DNA of 45,784 nucleotides from Desulfobacteria bacterium (GTDB lineage Bacteria > Desulfobacterota > Desulfobacteria > Desulfobacterales > C00003060). The notes beneath the pieces are model-generated. The model saw only the letters and a list, made by a program, of their open reading frames with translations, was not told where the DNA came from and ran no database searches. The position numbers and the translations under genes are program-made. The DNA is taken from the NCBI GenBank assembly GCA_041547605.1, contig JBFEUB010000002.1, forward strand, positions 1 to 45,784, given 5' to 3'. Below are positions 34,985 through 44,585 of the stretch, in pieces; position 1 is the first letter of the stretch, and every line of letters starts with the position of its first letter.

Positions 34985-36697
34985 ATGAAAATGCGTTCAT
35001 CAGCGTGGCCGACCATATCCTTCCTCATCGTTTTATCATGCTCGTGGTGCTATCCTGCGTTCGGGGCAACCCCGTATAAGACTTACGTGATCAAGAAGTA
35101 CAAGACTTGGGACATCTTGTGCGATACGTACACCGTTCGCAGAGGTGACCACATCTGGGAACTATTGCGTCGCCGGGGCTGCATGGCCGAACGTGACCTT
35201 GCCAATTTTACTGCCATTTTAAGACGCCTAAACCCCCACATCAGAAACGTCAATCGCATCTATCCTGGCCAAAAAATCCTGATTCCGTTGAAGCAAATGA
35301 AGTCTCAGGACATTACATCTGGCGCAGTGGATCGCTTCGTAACCATTCCGTTCATACCGGACATCCTCTATACGGATTATACTATCCATCCGGGTGATCA
35401 CGTGTTGAAGGTCGCTGCAGAACTCCACGGTCTCCACGTACACCAGCTTCCTGAAGGGTATCTTGAGACCCTGAAACGCCTTAATCCAGGCATTAAGAAC
35501 CTGGACTGGGTCTATCCCGGCCAAAAAGTTCGCATCCCCGAGATTACTTCGGCGGACCCCTCGTCAGAAATCGGGTTGGTTGCACCCTCGTCTGCCAAAA
35601 GGAGCACCGGCATACCCTCGTTAGAACGTCGCGGGCAGGCATCGCCTTGGTCGAGACTCTCCGCAGGCGTGAAGCCATTGGGCGGCACACTGATTGAATC
35701 GGGACACTATTTCTTTCCTGCAAAGGACAAGGGTGATCTCAAGCTGGACCTTTCGGCCTTCCCGGTCATAGAGCTTGCGGGTGGCCATCGGCTCCTTTTG
35801 GACACCGGGAGGAAGCTTTCGGAGGACACCGAAAATGTGATACGCGCTTTCTGGAAGCCCCTGACCATTGTCCCGAAAGAGCCGGGGGAGTCGAGGCAAT
35901 CTTTTTTGGACAAAGTATTCCGGACCATTCACGGTGGAGAAGTTCGGCAAACGGTGGATATGGCGATGTCGGACATCGGCATTCATGTGACACTGAGGGG
36001 CGACTGGATTCTGGTTGAAAAGGGAGATGAACACGGCCCCTCTGGCTATCACTGTATTACATTGATTACTGACCCGCACGAGCGGACCTCAGCGGCACTC
36101 CGAGATTATCTGGCTGGAAAGAATATTCGGCTCTCTGATCTTGTGCCCGGGAGGGGTGATGAAAATACCAATCCCGAGGCCCAAGAGAGCGACCCGGCAA
36201 AGCCTGGGGCGGTGACCATAGATACCTCCAATCCAGAGATATTCGTGGTCGAATTTGTCACGGCCATCGGCTGTTCCTATAACTGGAATGTTCCGCTTTC
36301 TTTTCAATGTGCTGGTTCTCAGGTGCAGACCGTTGCGGATCTGATACACGATGAGGATGGTCTGGATGTCATCGTTGACTTTGGGGACTTTTTAGGCGAT
36401 ACGAAGTCGGCCGCTGAGGCGGCCGGACTGAAGGTCCTGTCAGTCCGGCCCGAGGACGAAGTCTCAAGCATTGCACGAGACTTCTTCAGGACAGCCGGTA
36501 TGTCCTGGACCGAAGATCCTATTTTCTTTGGCGCAAACCGGAACGTTTTTAAGACTACTTCCGTGACCATTCCGGGTTTTCTGGCGTCCCAAGGGGCTCG
36601 AGGAAAGATCTTATTGACCTCGGCACCGTTACCGCCAAAAGTATGCGATTTCTTGAGAGAAAGGAAAATCAGAGTCTTGAAGATGAAACCTCGTTAA
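34985..36697 (+). CDS. secreted protein with two LysM domains
   Basis: The start was set to the ATG at 34985 (MKMRSSAWPTISFLIVLSCSW...). LysM repeats are YTVRRGDHIWELL...IYPGQKILIP and YTIHPGDHVLKVA...VYPGQKVRIP. Confidence 0.65.
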   Translation: MKMRSSAWPTISFLIVLSCSWCYPAFGATPYKTYVIKKYKTWDILCDTYTVRRGDHIWELLRRRGCMAERDLANFTAILRRLNPHIRNVNRIYPGQKILIPLKQMKSQDITSGAVDRFVTIPFIPDILYTDYTIHPGDHVLKVAAELHGLHVHQLPEGYLETLKRLNPGIKNLDWVYPGQKVRIPEITSADPSSEIGLVAPSSAKRSTGIPSLERRGQASPWSRLSAGVKPLGGTLIESGHYFFPAKDKGDLKLDLSAFPVIELAGGHRLLLDTGRKLSEDTENVIRAFWKPLTIVPKEPGESRQSFLDKVFRTIHGGEVRQTVDMAMSDIGIHVTLRGDWILVEKGDEHGPSGYHCITLITDPHERTSAALRDYLAGKNIRLSDLVPGRGDENTNPEAQESDPAKPGAVTIDTSNPEIFVVEFVTAIGCSYNWNVPLSFQCAGSQVQTVADLIHDEDGLDVIVDFGDFLGDTKSAAEAAGLKVLSVRPEDEVSSIARDFFRTAGMSWTEDPIFFGANRNVFKTTSVTIPGFLASQGARGKILLTSAPLPPKVCDFLRERKIRVLKMKPR

Positions 36698-36801
36698 GCA
36701 GCCCGATGCAACGTTTAACCAAACCAGCTGATTTCATCGTTTTGCGGCGAAACACGGAGAATCAACAACACAAACATCATCTGAGAATTGAGGAGGCTGT
36801 T

Positions 36802-37560
36802 ATGCGGAAGCGATCACCTTGGTTTATACTCTCTTTGTGTTGCGCCTTATGCTTCGTCTCCTGCGCCACGAATATGGCTGAGCGGAAACTAAAGGCAGAA
36901 GCATTCAGGCATCTCGGCGAAAGATACCTCGCACAGCGGAATGTTAGAGGGGCACTAAAAGAATTCTTGAAAGCAGAGGCACTCTATGATGAGAACTACC
37001 TTCTGCAAAATGATCTGGGGTTGGCCTATTCTGAAATGGGGAAATTGGATCTGGCACTCAAACACTTCGAGAAGGCTTTAGACCTCAATCCCGATTATGC
37101 GGGGGCCTGGAACAATATAGGAACCGTCTATATTAAGTTGGAAGAATGGGACAAGGCCATCGGCAGTTTCAATCGCGCTCTTGACCAATTGCTCTATGCC
37201 ACGCCTCATTTCGCCCTGAACAATCTAGGCGAGGCATACCGTGGGAAAAAAGATTACGAGCGTTCGGTTTTGTACTACAGAAAAGCCCTCCACGCAGAAC
37301 CCCGCTTTGTTAGGGCGCACCGGGGATTGGCGCTGACCTACATGGAGATGGGAGACTATGACAGGGCTGTTTCTTCGCTCGAGAAGGCGGTTGAATATGC
37401 TCCAGACTATGCCCTTGCCTACTATGATCTGGGCCGTGCTTACATTGGCAGGTATAACAGGGAGAAAGCCCTTTCCGCCTTCAAAAAGGTCATCGCGCTG
37501 GTCCCGAATTCGCCGCTAGCGGATGCAGCTTCGGCTGAAATGAACAAACTTGAAAGATAA
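36802..37560 (+). CDS. pilF: TPR lipoprotein, type IV pilus biogenesis/stability PilF(PilW)-type
   Basis: The ATG at 36802 is preceded by AGGAGG. A lipobox is present (LCFVSC), followed by about six TPR repeats (GLAYSEMGKLDLALKHFEKALDLNPDYAGAWNNIG...). Confidence 0.6.
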   Translation: MRKRSPWFILSLCCALCFVSCATNMAERKLKAEAFRHLGERYLAQRNVRGALKEFLKAEALYDENYLLQNDLGLAYSEMGKLDLALKHFEKALDLNPDYAGAWNNIGTVYIKLEEWDKAIGSFNRALDQLLYATPHFALNNLGEAYRGKKDYERSVLYYRKALHAEPRFVRAHRGLALTYMEMGDYDRAVSSLEKAVEYAPDYALAYYDLGRAYIGRYNREKALSAFKKVIALVPNSPLADAASAEMNKLER

Positions 37561-37666
37561 CGGAAGAGATTGTAAAATTCGGCGGTTCAGGATTTGGTGT
37601 TGCCGGGCTTTGGGGCTGATCAATGGGAGATTGCTGACAACAAATCAAGGGACAAATGACCCGTAA

Positions 37667-38704
37667 CTAGGGAAATGTGGCGTGAATTGTGGCCCCTGGT
37701 ACAATCGACTTCTCGGAGTAAATTACAAGGGCTGTGGCCGTGGTCTCCTCGGTGAGAAGAATGAGGATTTTGGCATAATCGACCGGCGTGAGGAGGACAT
37801 CTTCTTTCGCCTTGGGATCGATACGTTCTTTTTCCTGATAATATACAGAGTAAGACTGACCGACCTGGACGCCGTCTTCGCGACCCTTGTTGATAAAAGC
37901 AATGGCATGTTCGGCAAAGATTGTTTGACCTTCCTCCGCAGAAAAGATGCTGCCCCGCAGACCTTCTTTGCTTTCGGTCAGTAGAATGTTGGGTGATCGA
38001 GGCTCGTAGGGCATCAAGAGGTCACCCCGTTTAATACTTCTGTACGATGCTACAATCCTTCCCAAAGAGAATTTCGGCTGCACATCCGTGATTTCAACCA
38101 CGCCCAGCAAATAGTGCTGGGTGCCGATCAGCTTCTTGGTTTCTTTGTCCGTCAGGGGCTTCAGAGTCCTAAACACCGTAAAACGATCTCCAGGCTTGAA
38201 GATGACGTCTCCGATCGGCCGGACATAAACCACATCCCGCTGACTCATCATCTCCTTGTCTTCCTTGACCTTGAAGATGGTGCCAGAAGGATGTACAGGC
38301 TCATTCCTGATAAAGCCCACGCTGTCAATGGCGGGATAGTAATAGTACTCCGGTTCTGGAGGCGGTGGCCCTATTCTTGGTTCTGGTGGTGGTTTGGACC
38401 CAAACATCCTTTCCAGTTCCTCACGGCTATAGATGCGAACCTGCTCGCCCGGATAAATCCAGTGGGGATTGGCAACCGCCTGATTCTTTTCCCACAGATC
38501 GGGCCAAATGCACGGCGAATCATAGAAATGCTCAGACAGGTCCCACAGGGTATCACCCTTCTGCACGGTATAGTAGAGGCCCGACTCCAGTTTAATGGTT
38601 TTTTCTCCGGGTTCCTCTGAACAGGCGCTCATGGGGCTGAGCCATCCGACTGCGACCCCCACACAAAGGCATGTGATGATTTGGAAAACCTTTTTGGAAA
38701 ACAT
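37667..38704 (-). CDS. LysM-domain periplasmic protein, TsaP-like candidate
   Basis: 345 aa with a signal peptide and an N-terminal LysM domain (YYTVQKGDTLWDLSEHFY...IYPGEQVRI). It lies immediately downstream of pilQ on the same strand. Confidence 0.55.
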   Translation of the reverse strand: MFSKKVFQIITCLCVGVAVGWLSPMSACSEEPGEKTIKLESGLYYTVQKGDTLWDLSEHFYDSPCIWPDLWEKNQAVANPHWIYPGEQVRIYSREELERMFGSKPPPEPRIGPPPPEPEYYYYPAIDSVGFIRNEPVHPSGTIFKVKEDKEMMSQRDVVYVRPIGDVIFKPGDRFTVFRTLKPLTDKETKKLIGTQHYLLGVVEITDVQPKFSLGRIVASYRSIKRGDLLMPYEPRSPNILLTESKEGLRGSIFSAEEGQTIFAEHAIAFINKGREDGVQVGQSYSVYYQEKERIDPKAKEDVLLTPVDYAKILILLTEETTATALVIYSEKSIVPGATIHATFP

Positions 38705-38847
38705 AACAAGCCCCTTGTTAATTCAATGCCCAAGCCTGTTGTCGCCGCACGCTCACGTTTCCCGGCAAAAGAGCAGCAACTCCATTGGCTGATGTCATTA
38801 TCTTGGCCCTCCGCGTGTCACTATCCTGACACCTATACAAGGAGGGG

Positions 38848-41151
38848 CTATCTCACCTCTTCGAGTTGGACGATCGTTGGCGTCATAAAGATTAGCAACT
38901 CGGTTTTGTTATGGGTTTTGAGCCTTGACTTGAATAGCCATCCCAGTACAGGTATTTTTGAAAGCCCTGGTACCCTCGCCTCCCCGGTTGACCTGTCCTC
39001 CGTAATGATTCCCCCGATCACGATGGTGTCACCGTTGTTGACCAGAAGTTCTGTGGTGGTTTGTTTTGTATCAATGGGAGGCTGGCCTAAGACTGCATTT
39101 CCAAAGTCGGGTGAGTCCTTTGTGGCGGTGACCCTCATGGAAACACGATTGTCCATGGTTATGTGAGGGATGACCGTCAAGCTCAAAACAGCGTCAACGA
39201 ATTCGACACTGATGGTTCCTTCTTCCTCCTTCTGATACGGGATCTGCTGGCCCTGCTTGATATTTGCTTCTTTGTTATCCAAAGTGAGGACCTTTGGAGC
39301 CGATATGATCTTCAGCGTGCCTTCTTGCTCTGCGGCCGTGAGTGCTGCGTCGATGTCAAGTGACGTCAAACCACCCGGAAATCTGCTGAAAGTAAAACCG
39401 ATGCCGCTTGTTGGCGCCCCCGGGGGTAAATTGACAGCGTAGTTGGCCGGACCACCCACGGCACCGGAGAACCCCCACGGGCCTCCTAAATCGTCTGCCC
39501 CCCGGAGTGTTTGGTGTGTGAATCCCCACTGAATACCAATTTCTCTCGAGAAGTTAGTCTCCGCTTCCACAATCCGTGCCTCGATCATTACCTGGCGAGT
39601 AACCACATCTAGCTTCCTGACGACCTCCTTGGCACGCTCTATTCCATCCCGGATGTCTGTCATAATGACCATATTGGTCCGTTCATCAACAGTGACCTTT
39701 CCACGCTCCGTCTTAACCTCCTTTATGTGCCCCTGCATGGCAGTAGCGTCGCTGTAGTTGACGGGTATATATTCTGTAACCAAGGGCGCTGCTTCTTCTG
39801 CTGCTTCCTGGACCCTCTTTTCGGCCGCCTTTTCTGCTTCAATAGTGGCAAGTGGCGCAATGCGTATGATATTTCCCTCCTCAGAGACTCCCAGTCTGTT
39901 CATCTTCGTGACCAGGTCCAGGGCCTGATCCCAGGGGACCTTGTCAAGCTTTAGCGTGACCCTGCCTCTCACATCTTCCCCTATGACAAAGTTCTTTCCG
40001 CTTATTTCGTGGAGGATACGAAAGACATTACGAACATCGGCATTCTGGAAATCGAGTGATATCTCTTGTCCTGTATAGACCTGTCCCGTGTCGGGCGATA
40101 CGACCTTGACGGAAGGCGCTTCAGGCATGCCTGTGACTACCGTCTCGGTCTCTTTCATCACCTGTTGCCATTTTGGCATCTCCACATCTGCCAGGGGCCT
40201 GGGTGGCACGGTGGAAGGCTCAAAATCAACAAAAAAGACATTATCTTTCTGCTCAACTCTGTAAGGGACGGCCTCCCGGAGCTCAATGGCTATGAGGGCT
40301 GTTTCTCCCATCTGAGGCGTTTGTACTGGTACGACGCGATCAACGGCGCTCTTAAACCGTGTCGTTATGAGAGGGCGCTTTTCGAATTTTGGGATCCTTG
40401 TATTAAATAGCTTCAAGAGGACCCGCGTGGGCGAAGGTCGCTCCGTCTCGTATCGGACTTGCTCGGTAGTTCGCACGATAACCCGGGACTTACCCTCGTC
40501 CATCATGAGGAAGTTTATCCGGTTCACCCAGGCTGGCTTTCCGACTGCCTCAGCTTCTGCTGGAACCGGTGCCGGCTCTTGTTCTGGCTCTGCTGTATCT
40601 GGAATAGTTGCCTCTGTGGTCTCTGGCGGTCCTTCAGCGGTTGGCCCTGCAGTCTCTGAGGGCTCTTCAGCGGCTATTGCTTCGGGTGCTGGCTGCTCTG
40701 CTGGTTTTTTGAAGTTGACCAGAACGTCTGTCTCTTCCTGGATGACTTCGTATTCAACATCCTCGTTCAAGTTGATCTGAATCCTGGAGGGCCCTTGTTT
40801 TCCCGTCGGTTGAGAGGCAACAACGCTCTCAATGAGTGTACTCTCCGGGGTATAGGTTTCTGGGACCCCTTCCAACGATGTGTTCGGGAAATAAAGGACT
40901 ACGCCAAGTGGGGAGAGGTGTTTGATTGCGGAGTAGTCCACGGGCTGGTTGCTCTTGATGGTGACGACAACCGCGGTTTGTTCCTCGCTGACCGAGACTT
41001 CGTGGATAACGCTCTCGGAGGCAGCAGGTTCGGCTTCAACCTCCCCAGGCTTGGTTGTTGCCTTGGTGGCACATCCTGTTACCATGAATAGGAGTACCAA
41101 CGGCAATATGAGCCAATAATTACTCCAACATCTTCTCAGCAAGCAGTTCAT
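38848..41151 (-). CDS. pilQ: type IV pilus secretin PilQ with N-terminal AMIN domains
   Basis: Has the secretin C-terminal domain (...PVLGWLFKSRLKTHNKTELLIFMTPTIV), two AMIN-like segments and a lipobox (MVTGC). The ATG at 41151 is preferred over the TTG at 41166. Confidence 0.88.
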   Translation of the reverse strand: MNCLLRRCWSNYWLILPLVLLFMVTGCATKATTKPGEVEAEPAASESVIHEVSVSEEQTAVVVTIKSNQPVDYSAIKHLSPLGVVLYFPNTSLEGVPETYTPESTLIESVVASQPTGKQGPSRIQINLNEDVEYEVIQEETDVLVNFKKPAEQPAPEAIAAEEPSETAGPTAEGPPETTEATIPDTAEPEQEPAPVPAEAEAVGKPAWVNRINFLMMDEGKSRVIVRTTEQVRYETERPSPTRVLLKLFNTRIPKFEKRPLITTRFKSAVDRVVPVQTPQMGETALIAIELREAVPYRVEQKDNVFFVDFEPSTVPPRPLADVEMPKWQQVMKETETVVTGMPEAPSVKVVSPDTGQVYTGQEISLDFQNADVRNVFRILHEISGKNFVIGEDVRGRVTLKLDKVPWDQALDLVTKMNRLGVSEEGNIIRIAPLATIEAEKAAEKRVQEAAEEAAPLVTEYIPVNYSDATAMQGHIKEVKTERGKVTVDERTNMVIMTDIRDGIERAKEVVRKLDVVTRQVMIEARIVEAETNFSREIGIQWGFTHQTLRGADDLGGPWGFSGAVGGPANYAVNLPPGAPTSGIGFTFSRFPGGLTSLDIDAALTAAEQEGTLKIISAPKVLTLDNKEANIKQGQQIPYQKEEEGTISVEFVDAVLSLTVIPHITMDNRVSMRVTATKDSPDFGNAVLGQPPIDTKQTTTELLVNNGDTIVIGGIITEDRSTGEARVPGLSKIPVLGWLFKSRLKTHNKTELLIFMTPTIVQLEEVR

Positions 41152-41152
41152 T

Positions 41153-41857
41153 TTATAATTCCCCAAGTTTTTTCTGTAGTATTAAATCCACTGTTTGCAG
41201 TTTCATCTGACCAGTAAAAAAATCTTCAACCTCTTCCTCAACAATGACTCTATCCCTCAGTATTCTTTTCACTTGGCCAAAATTCGCGCCAAGGTATGTC
41301 CCCTTTGTGACCACATACCCCTTGCCGGATGGTTCCTCTATCAAGGCCTTGTTTCCTGTGGCAGAGATAATGATTCCTACCACTTTGAGTTGACTCAAGT
41401 CTATCTTCTGAAGCGGCGTGAGGGGAAGCTTTCTTTCACGGGCACTTATCTGGACCTTAGTTCCTCTGCGTGCGCTTGGCTGCGTTACGAAAAGGGATTG
41501 AAAGGGATCTATCTTCCCCTTGGGATCATAGACGTATGCCGCCTTTTTCAGAGTCTCTTCGGGCCCTTCTGGGCTCGGTTCCGGCTCTAACTCAGCTTCA
41601 AGGGGCTCTAGTTCCGCCTCAGGGGGAGCCGGTTCTACTTTGGCCTCTTCCACGGGAGGTTTCTCCGGAGCCTTTGGGGCTTCCTCCTGATCACTCGGTT
41701 TCACTGCTTGGGCAGCAGGCGGTTGGGGTGCCTCAACCTTTTTTCGAATGACCACGGGGCTGGCGGGAGGTGTCGGCTCTTGCTGCTCTCCGCATCCTCC
41801 TGCAACAAGGAGCATCAGCCCCAGAACAAGGAGAAGCTTACAAGGAGTCCGTGGCAT
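41153..41857 (-). CDS. pilP: pilus assembly lipoprotein PilP
   Basis: The start was set at MPRTPCKLLLVLGLMLLVAGGCG (lipobox). It has a P/A/E-rich linker and a C-terminal PilP-like beta domain. It sits between pilO and pilQ. Confidence 0.7.
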   Translation of the reverse strand: MPRTPCKLLLVLGLMLLVAGGCGEQQEPTPPASPVVIRKKVEAPQPPAAQAVKPSDQEEAPKAPEKPPVEEAKVEPAPPEAELEPLEAELEPEPSPEGPEETLKKAAYVYDPKGKIDPFQSLFVTQPSARRGTKVQISARERKLPLTPLQKIDLSQLKVVGIIISATGNKALIEEPSGKGYVVTKGTYLGANFGQVKRILRDRVIVEEEVEDFFTGQMKLQTVDLILQKKLGEL

Positions 41858-41883
41858 TGTCATGTCGCCTTTGTTCCTCCATC

Positions 41884-42492
41884 TCATTGCGATCCGGCCG
41901 GTGAGGGCTGTGCGGCCTCCAAAAACCTGTAAGTCATGGCCACACATGAGGCATTCAAGACTCCCGGGGTCAGCGCGGGCGCCTGTATATTAATATTCAG
42001 TATATTGACGATGCGGGAGAGCCTTGCGACTCTGTCAAAAAACATGGCCAGGTTGTGATATCCACCCGATACCTGAACATTGACGGGAATCTCGGCGTAA
42101 AAATCTCTTGGCGCCTCTGGGCCGGGCTGGAACAGCAGAAATTCAAGACCGGAATCTTTGCCTGACTTTGAAACCCCTTCCAGGAGACCTGGAATTTCCC
42201 GCTTGTCCGGCAAAAGCTGAAGAGCCAATTTGAACTTTCCCTGTGCCTCCTCAAAATTTTTCTGAAACCTTTCGAGGTTTTCTGCGGCATTTCTGGCCGT
42301 GAAAAGCTTACTTTGAAGTGTTTCGTATTCATCCCTCAAGTCAGTGAGTTCCTGGGATTTTGGCGCGTAGATAAGATAATAAAAACCGCCGCCTAAGATC
42401 AAAAAAAGTCCCACACAAATCAAAATCCTTTGCGTGCGGCCTATGGCTGCGATCTTTTCAAACGGAAAGGACGGAAGTGCAATCTTTGCCAT
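41884..42492 (-). CDS. pilO: pilus assembly protein PilO
   Basis: 202 aa with a single TM followed by a coiled coil. Its position between pilN and pilP is conserved. Confidence 0.75.
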   Translation of the reverse strand: MAKIALPSFPFEKIAAIGRTQRILICVGLFLILGGGFYYLIYAPKSQELTDLRDEYETLQSKLFTARNAAENLERFQKNFEEAQGKFKLALQLLPDKREIPGLLEGVSKSGKDSGLEFLLFQPGPEAPRDFYAEIPVNVQVSGGYHNLAMFFDRVARLSRIVNILNINIQAPALTPGVLNASCVAMTYRFLEAAQPSPAGSQ

Positions 42493-42513
42493 CTGTCTCT
42501 ACTGCATTTTGGG

Positions 42514-43074
42514 TTATTGTGGAAGTTGTAAGATTAAGGCCTGACAAGTGACGCTGAACTCTTTGAATTTTCTGCCCTCGGCCATTGCCACCTGTTTAGC
42601 AGCAACGAGATTGACCCCATCAAAATATGGTGACTCTTCAAGACGCCTCATGAAGTCAGCCACGGTCTTGTTGTCCACGGCTACCCCGTTGAGGGTTATC
42701 TGACCAGCGGCCTCGTTCAGGCTTGTTAGCCACATCTTTTGGGCTACCACCAGGCTCGTAAGGGCATCCATGATCCGAACCGATCCAATGCGGTTTGCAT
42801 CCAACCGCTGGATGATATCCATCTTTGCTTGAAGCCTGTTTAGATTGTCCTGGATTTCTTTGACCTGTTTGTTGATGGCCTCAAGTTCCGCGAGTTCATT
42901 CTGAGCATCTCCTATGTCGGCTTCCATATTATTTATTTTGCTGCTTACGTCATACGCCAGGTAACCCATGAAAGCGAGACCCATCAGGACAGTGAGGAAA
43001 AAGATGGATACCTGCCGTCTAATGTCTTCCTTTTTTCGTGCAGCTCGAACCGGCAAAAGATTGACACGGATCAT
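42514..43074 (-). CDS. pilN: pilus assembly protein PilN
   Basis: Has the canonical N-terminus MIRVNLLPVR, a single TM and a coiled coil. It overlaps pilM through an ATGA junction. Confidence 0.85.
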   Translation of the reverse strand: MIRVNLLPVRAARKKEDIRRQVSIFFLTVLMGLAFMGYLAYDVSSKINNMEADIGDAQNELAELEAINKQVKEIQDNLNRLQAKMDIIQRLDANRIGSVRIMDALTSLVVAQKMWLTSLNEAAGQITLNGVAVDNKTVADFMRRLEESPYFDGVNLVAAKQVAMAEGRKFKEFSVTCQALILQLPQ

Positions 43075-44126
43075 TTCTCGTCCACCCTCCTCGATGCCAG
43101 GCCCATACAGATCGCAGCTTGAGGAGCAATCCTTTGAAGGTAGTCCACATCATTATTTTTTTCGTTAACCTTGACGTTCATGAAAGGGTTACACATTTGT
43201 ACATCGATGGAGGTTTCAGCCGAAAGGAGTTCGGAAAATCCCTCGGTCTGGGCTGCGCCACCACTCAGCATGATTCGGCCAATGTCTTCGTCCGAACCCG
43301 TAGAGTAGTAAAAATCAATGGCCCGTCTGATCTCCGCACCCCAGCTGGAGATGACGGAATAGACAATTTCACGGACATCTTCCTCAGGCACCCTGTCCTT
43401 GTCTTGCCCCAGCTTAACAGCTTCGGCCTCCTCAAAGGCACAATCAAACCGAGAGGCAATCTCGCGGCTAATCTGCTCGCCTCCAATGTTCACATCCCGC
43501 GTAAAGGCAGACATATAACCCTTTACGATGTTGATATTCATCTTGTTAGCCCCGATATCAATCAGGCCAACGGTTCCTTCTTCGTTCAAGTAATTTTCTT
43601 CAAACACCCTTTCCAGGGCAAAGACATCAATATCGATCACGCAGGGATTCAGGCCCGCCATGTCCAGAAGGTCTACATACTCATTAATGATCTCGGTCTT
43701 GGCCGCGACCAGCATCACATTCATTTGATTTGGGTTTAGTTCACTTTCTCCAATGATGTGAAAGTCGATGTTAACATCGTCCAAATCGAAGGGGATATAC
43801 TGCTCGGCTTCATATTGAATGTTCTCGTGGAGCTCCTCGTCTGTCATTTTCCCCACAGTGATTCTCTTGATAATGACAGAATAACCAGCAACCGAGGTGG
43901 CTACATTCTGCTCACTGACTCTTAGGTCTGATGTGAGGCCCTTGATCACATCAGCCACCCCAGCGGGATCTTTGATACGACCCTCCACTATGGCATTCTG
44001 AGGCAAGTTGGCCATGCCGAACTTTTCCAAGGTACGGCCCTTCTTTGTCTGCTGGACCTCACACAACTTAATCGTTCGAGAGCCGATGTCTATGCCTATA
44101 AGGTGGTCCTTTTTGGCAAAAACCAT
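43071..44126 (-). CDS. pilM: pilus assembly ATPase-like protein PilM
   Basis: Shows the actin/FtsA-like fold pattern (LIGIDIGSRTIKL...GLIDIGANKMNI...MLSGGAAQ). 351 aa. Confidence 0.88.
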   Translation of the reverse strand: MVFAKKDHLIGIDIGSRTIKLCEVQQTKKGRTLEKFGMANLPQNAIVEGRIKDPAGVADVIKGLTSDLRVSEQNVATSVAGYSVIIKRITVGKMTDEELHENIQYEAEQYIPFDLDDVNIDFHIIGESELNPNQMNVMLVAAKTEIINEYVDLLDMAGLNPCVIDIDVFALERVFEENYLNEEGTVGLIDIGANKMNINIVKGYMSAFTRDVNIGGEQISREIASRFDCAFEEAEAVKLGQDKDRVPEEDVREIVYSVISSWGAEIRRAIDFYYSTGSDEDIGRIMLSGGAAQTEGFSELLSAETSIDVQMCNPFMNVKVNEKNNDVDYLQRIAPQAAICMGLASRRVDEK

Positions 44127-44135
44127 CTCATTTCC

Positions 44136-44333
44136 TTAACTGTGGAATACTTTGTCTTTTTCCGAAAGCTCGTAACCAAGGGCCAAAAGGATCTTCCGCT
44201 TGGTCTCCATACGGCAATCCATACCCTTTTCTATCCTGTCAATGGTAATAGGAGAGACACCGGCCTTTCTTGCTAGTTCGGCTTTGCTCATCAAAAACGA
44301 TTCGCGAATCTCTCTTAACCTGTTCTTATGCAT
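44136..44333 (-). CDS. XRE-family helix-turn-helix protein
   Basis: 65 aa with the HTH segment MSKAELARKAGVSPITIDRIEKG. It lies 9 nt upstream of pilM on the same strand. Confidence 0.7.
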   Translation of the reverse strand: MHKNRLREIRESFLMSKAELARKAGVSPITIDRIEKGMDCRMETKRKILLALGYELSEKDKVFHS

Positions 44334-44391
44334 TTAGATTTTAGTCCCGTCGAGCAAAAAATGAAGTCTTTAGTCACGTCCGCTTTCTGTA

Positions 44392-44407
44392 TGCAAAAGG
44401 GGTGCCA
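44392..44407 (-). promoter_or_regulatory. sigma-54 (-24/-12) promoter of the XRE-pilMNOPQ operon
   Basis: The minus sense reads TGGCAC-CCCTT-TTGCA, a perfect consensus. It lies about 58 nt upstream of the ATG at 44333. Confidence 0.8.
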
Positions 44408-44585
44408 AACTTCTTGCACGCCATTCATTGGGGCAGCCTGCGGATTTCTCGTCCCTATCTATTCGGACTGGGCGTTTTCGAGTAAATCTCATGATGGCAC
44501 AATTTTTGACAGTGGAAGCTGCCTCGCAACTCGCTGCAGCGGGTCTGTCAAGTGGTTTTTTATCTCATATTACTAAATTTGTCAA

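Noticed and set aside
44495-44510. A plus-strand sigma-54-like site, TGGCAC-AATTT-TTGAC.
   Set aside because: The -12 element is imperfect (TTGA). It also points toward the 3' end of a convergent minus-strand gene, with no plus-strand gene downstream.
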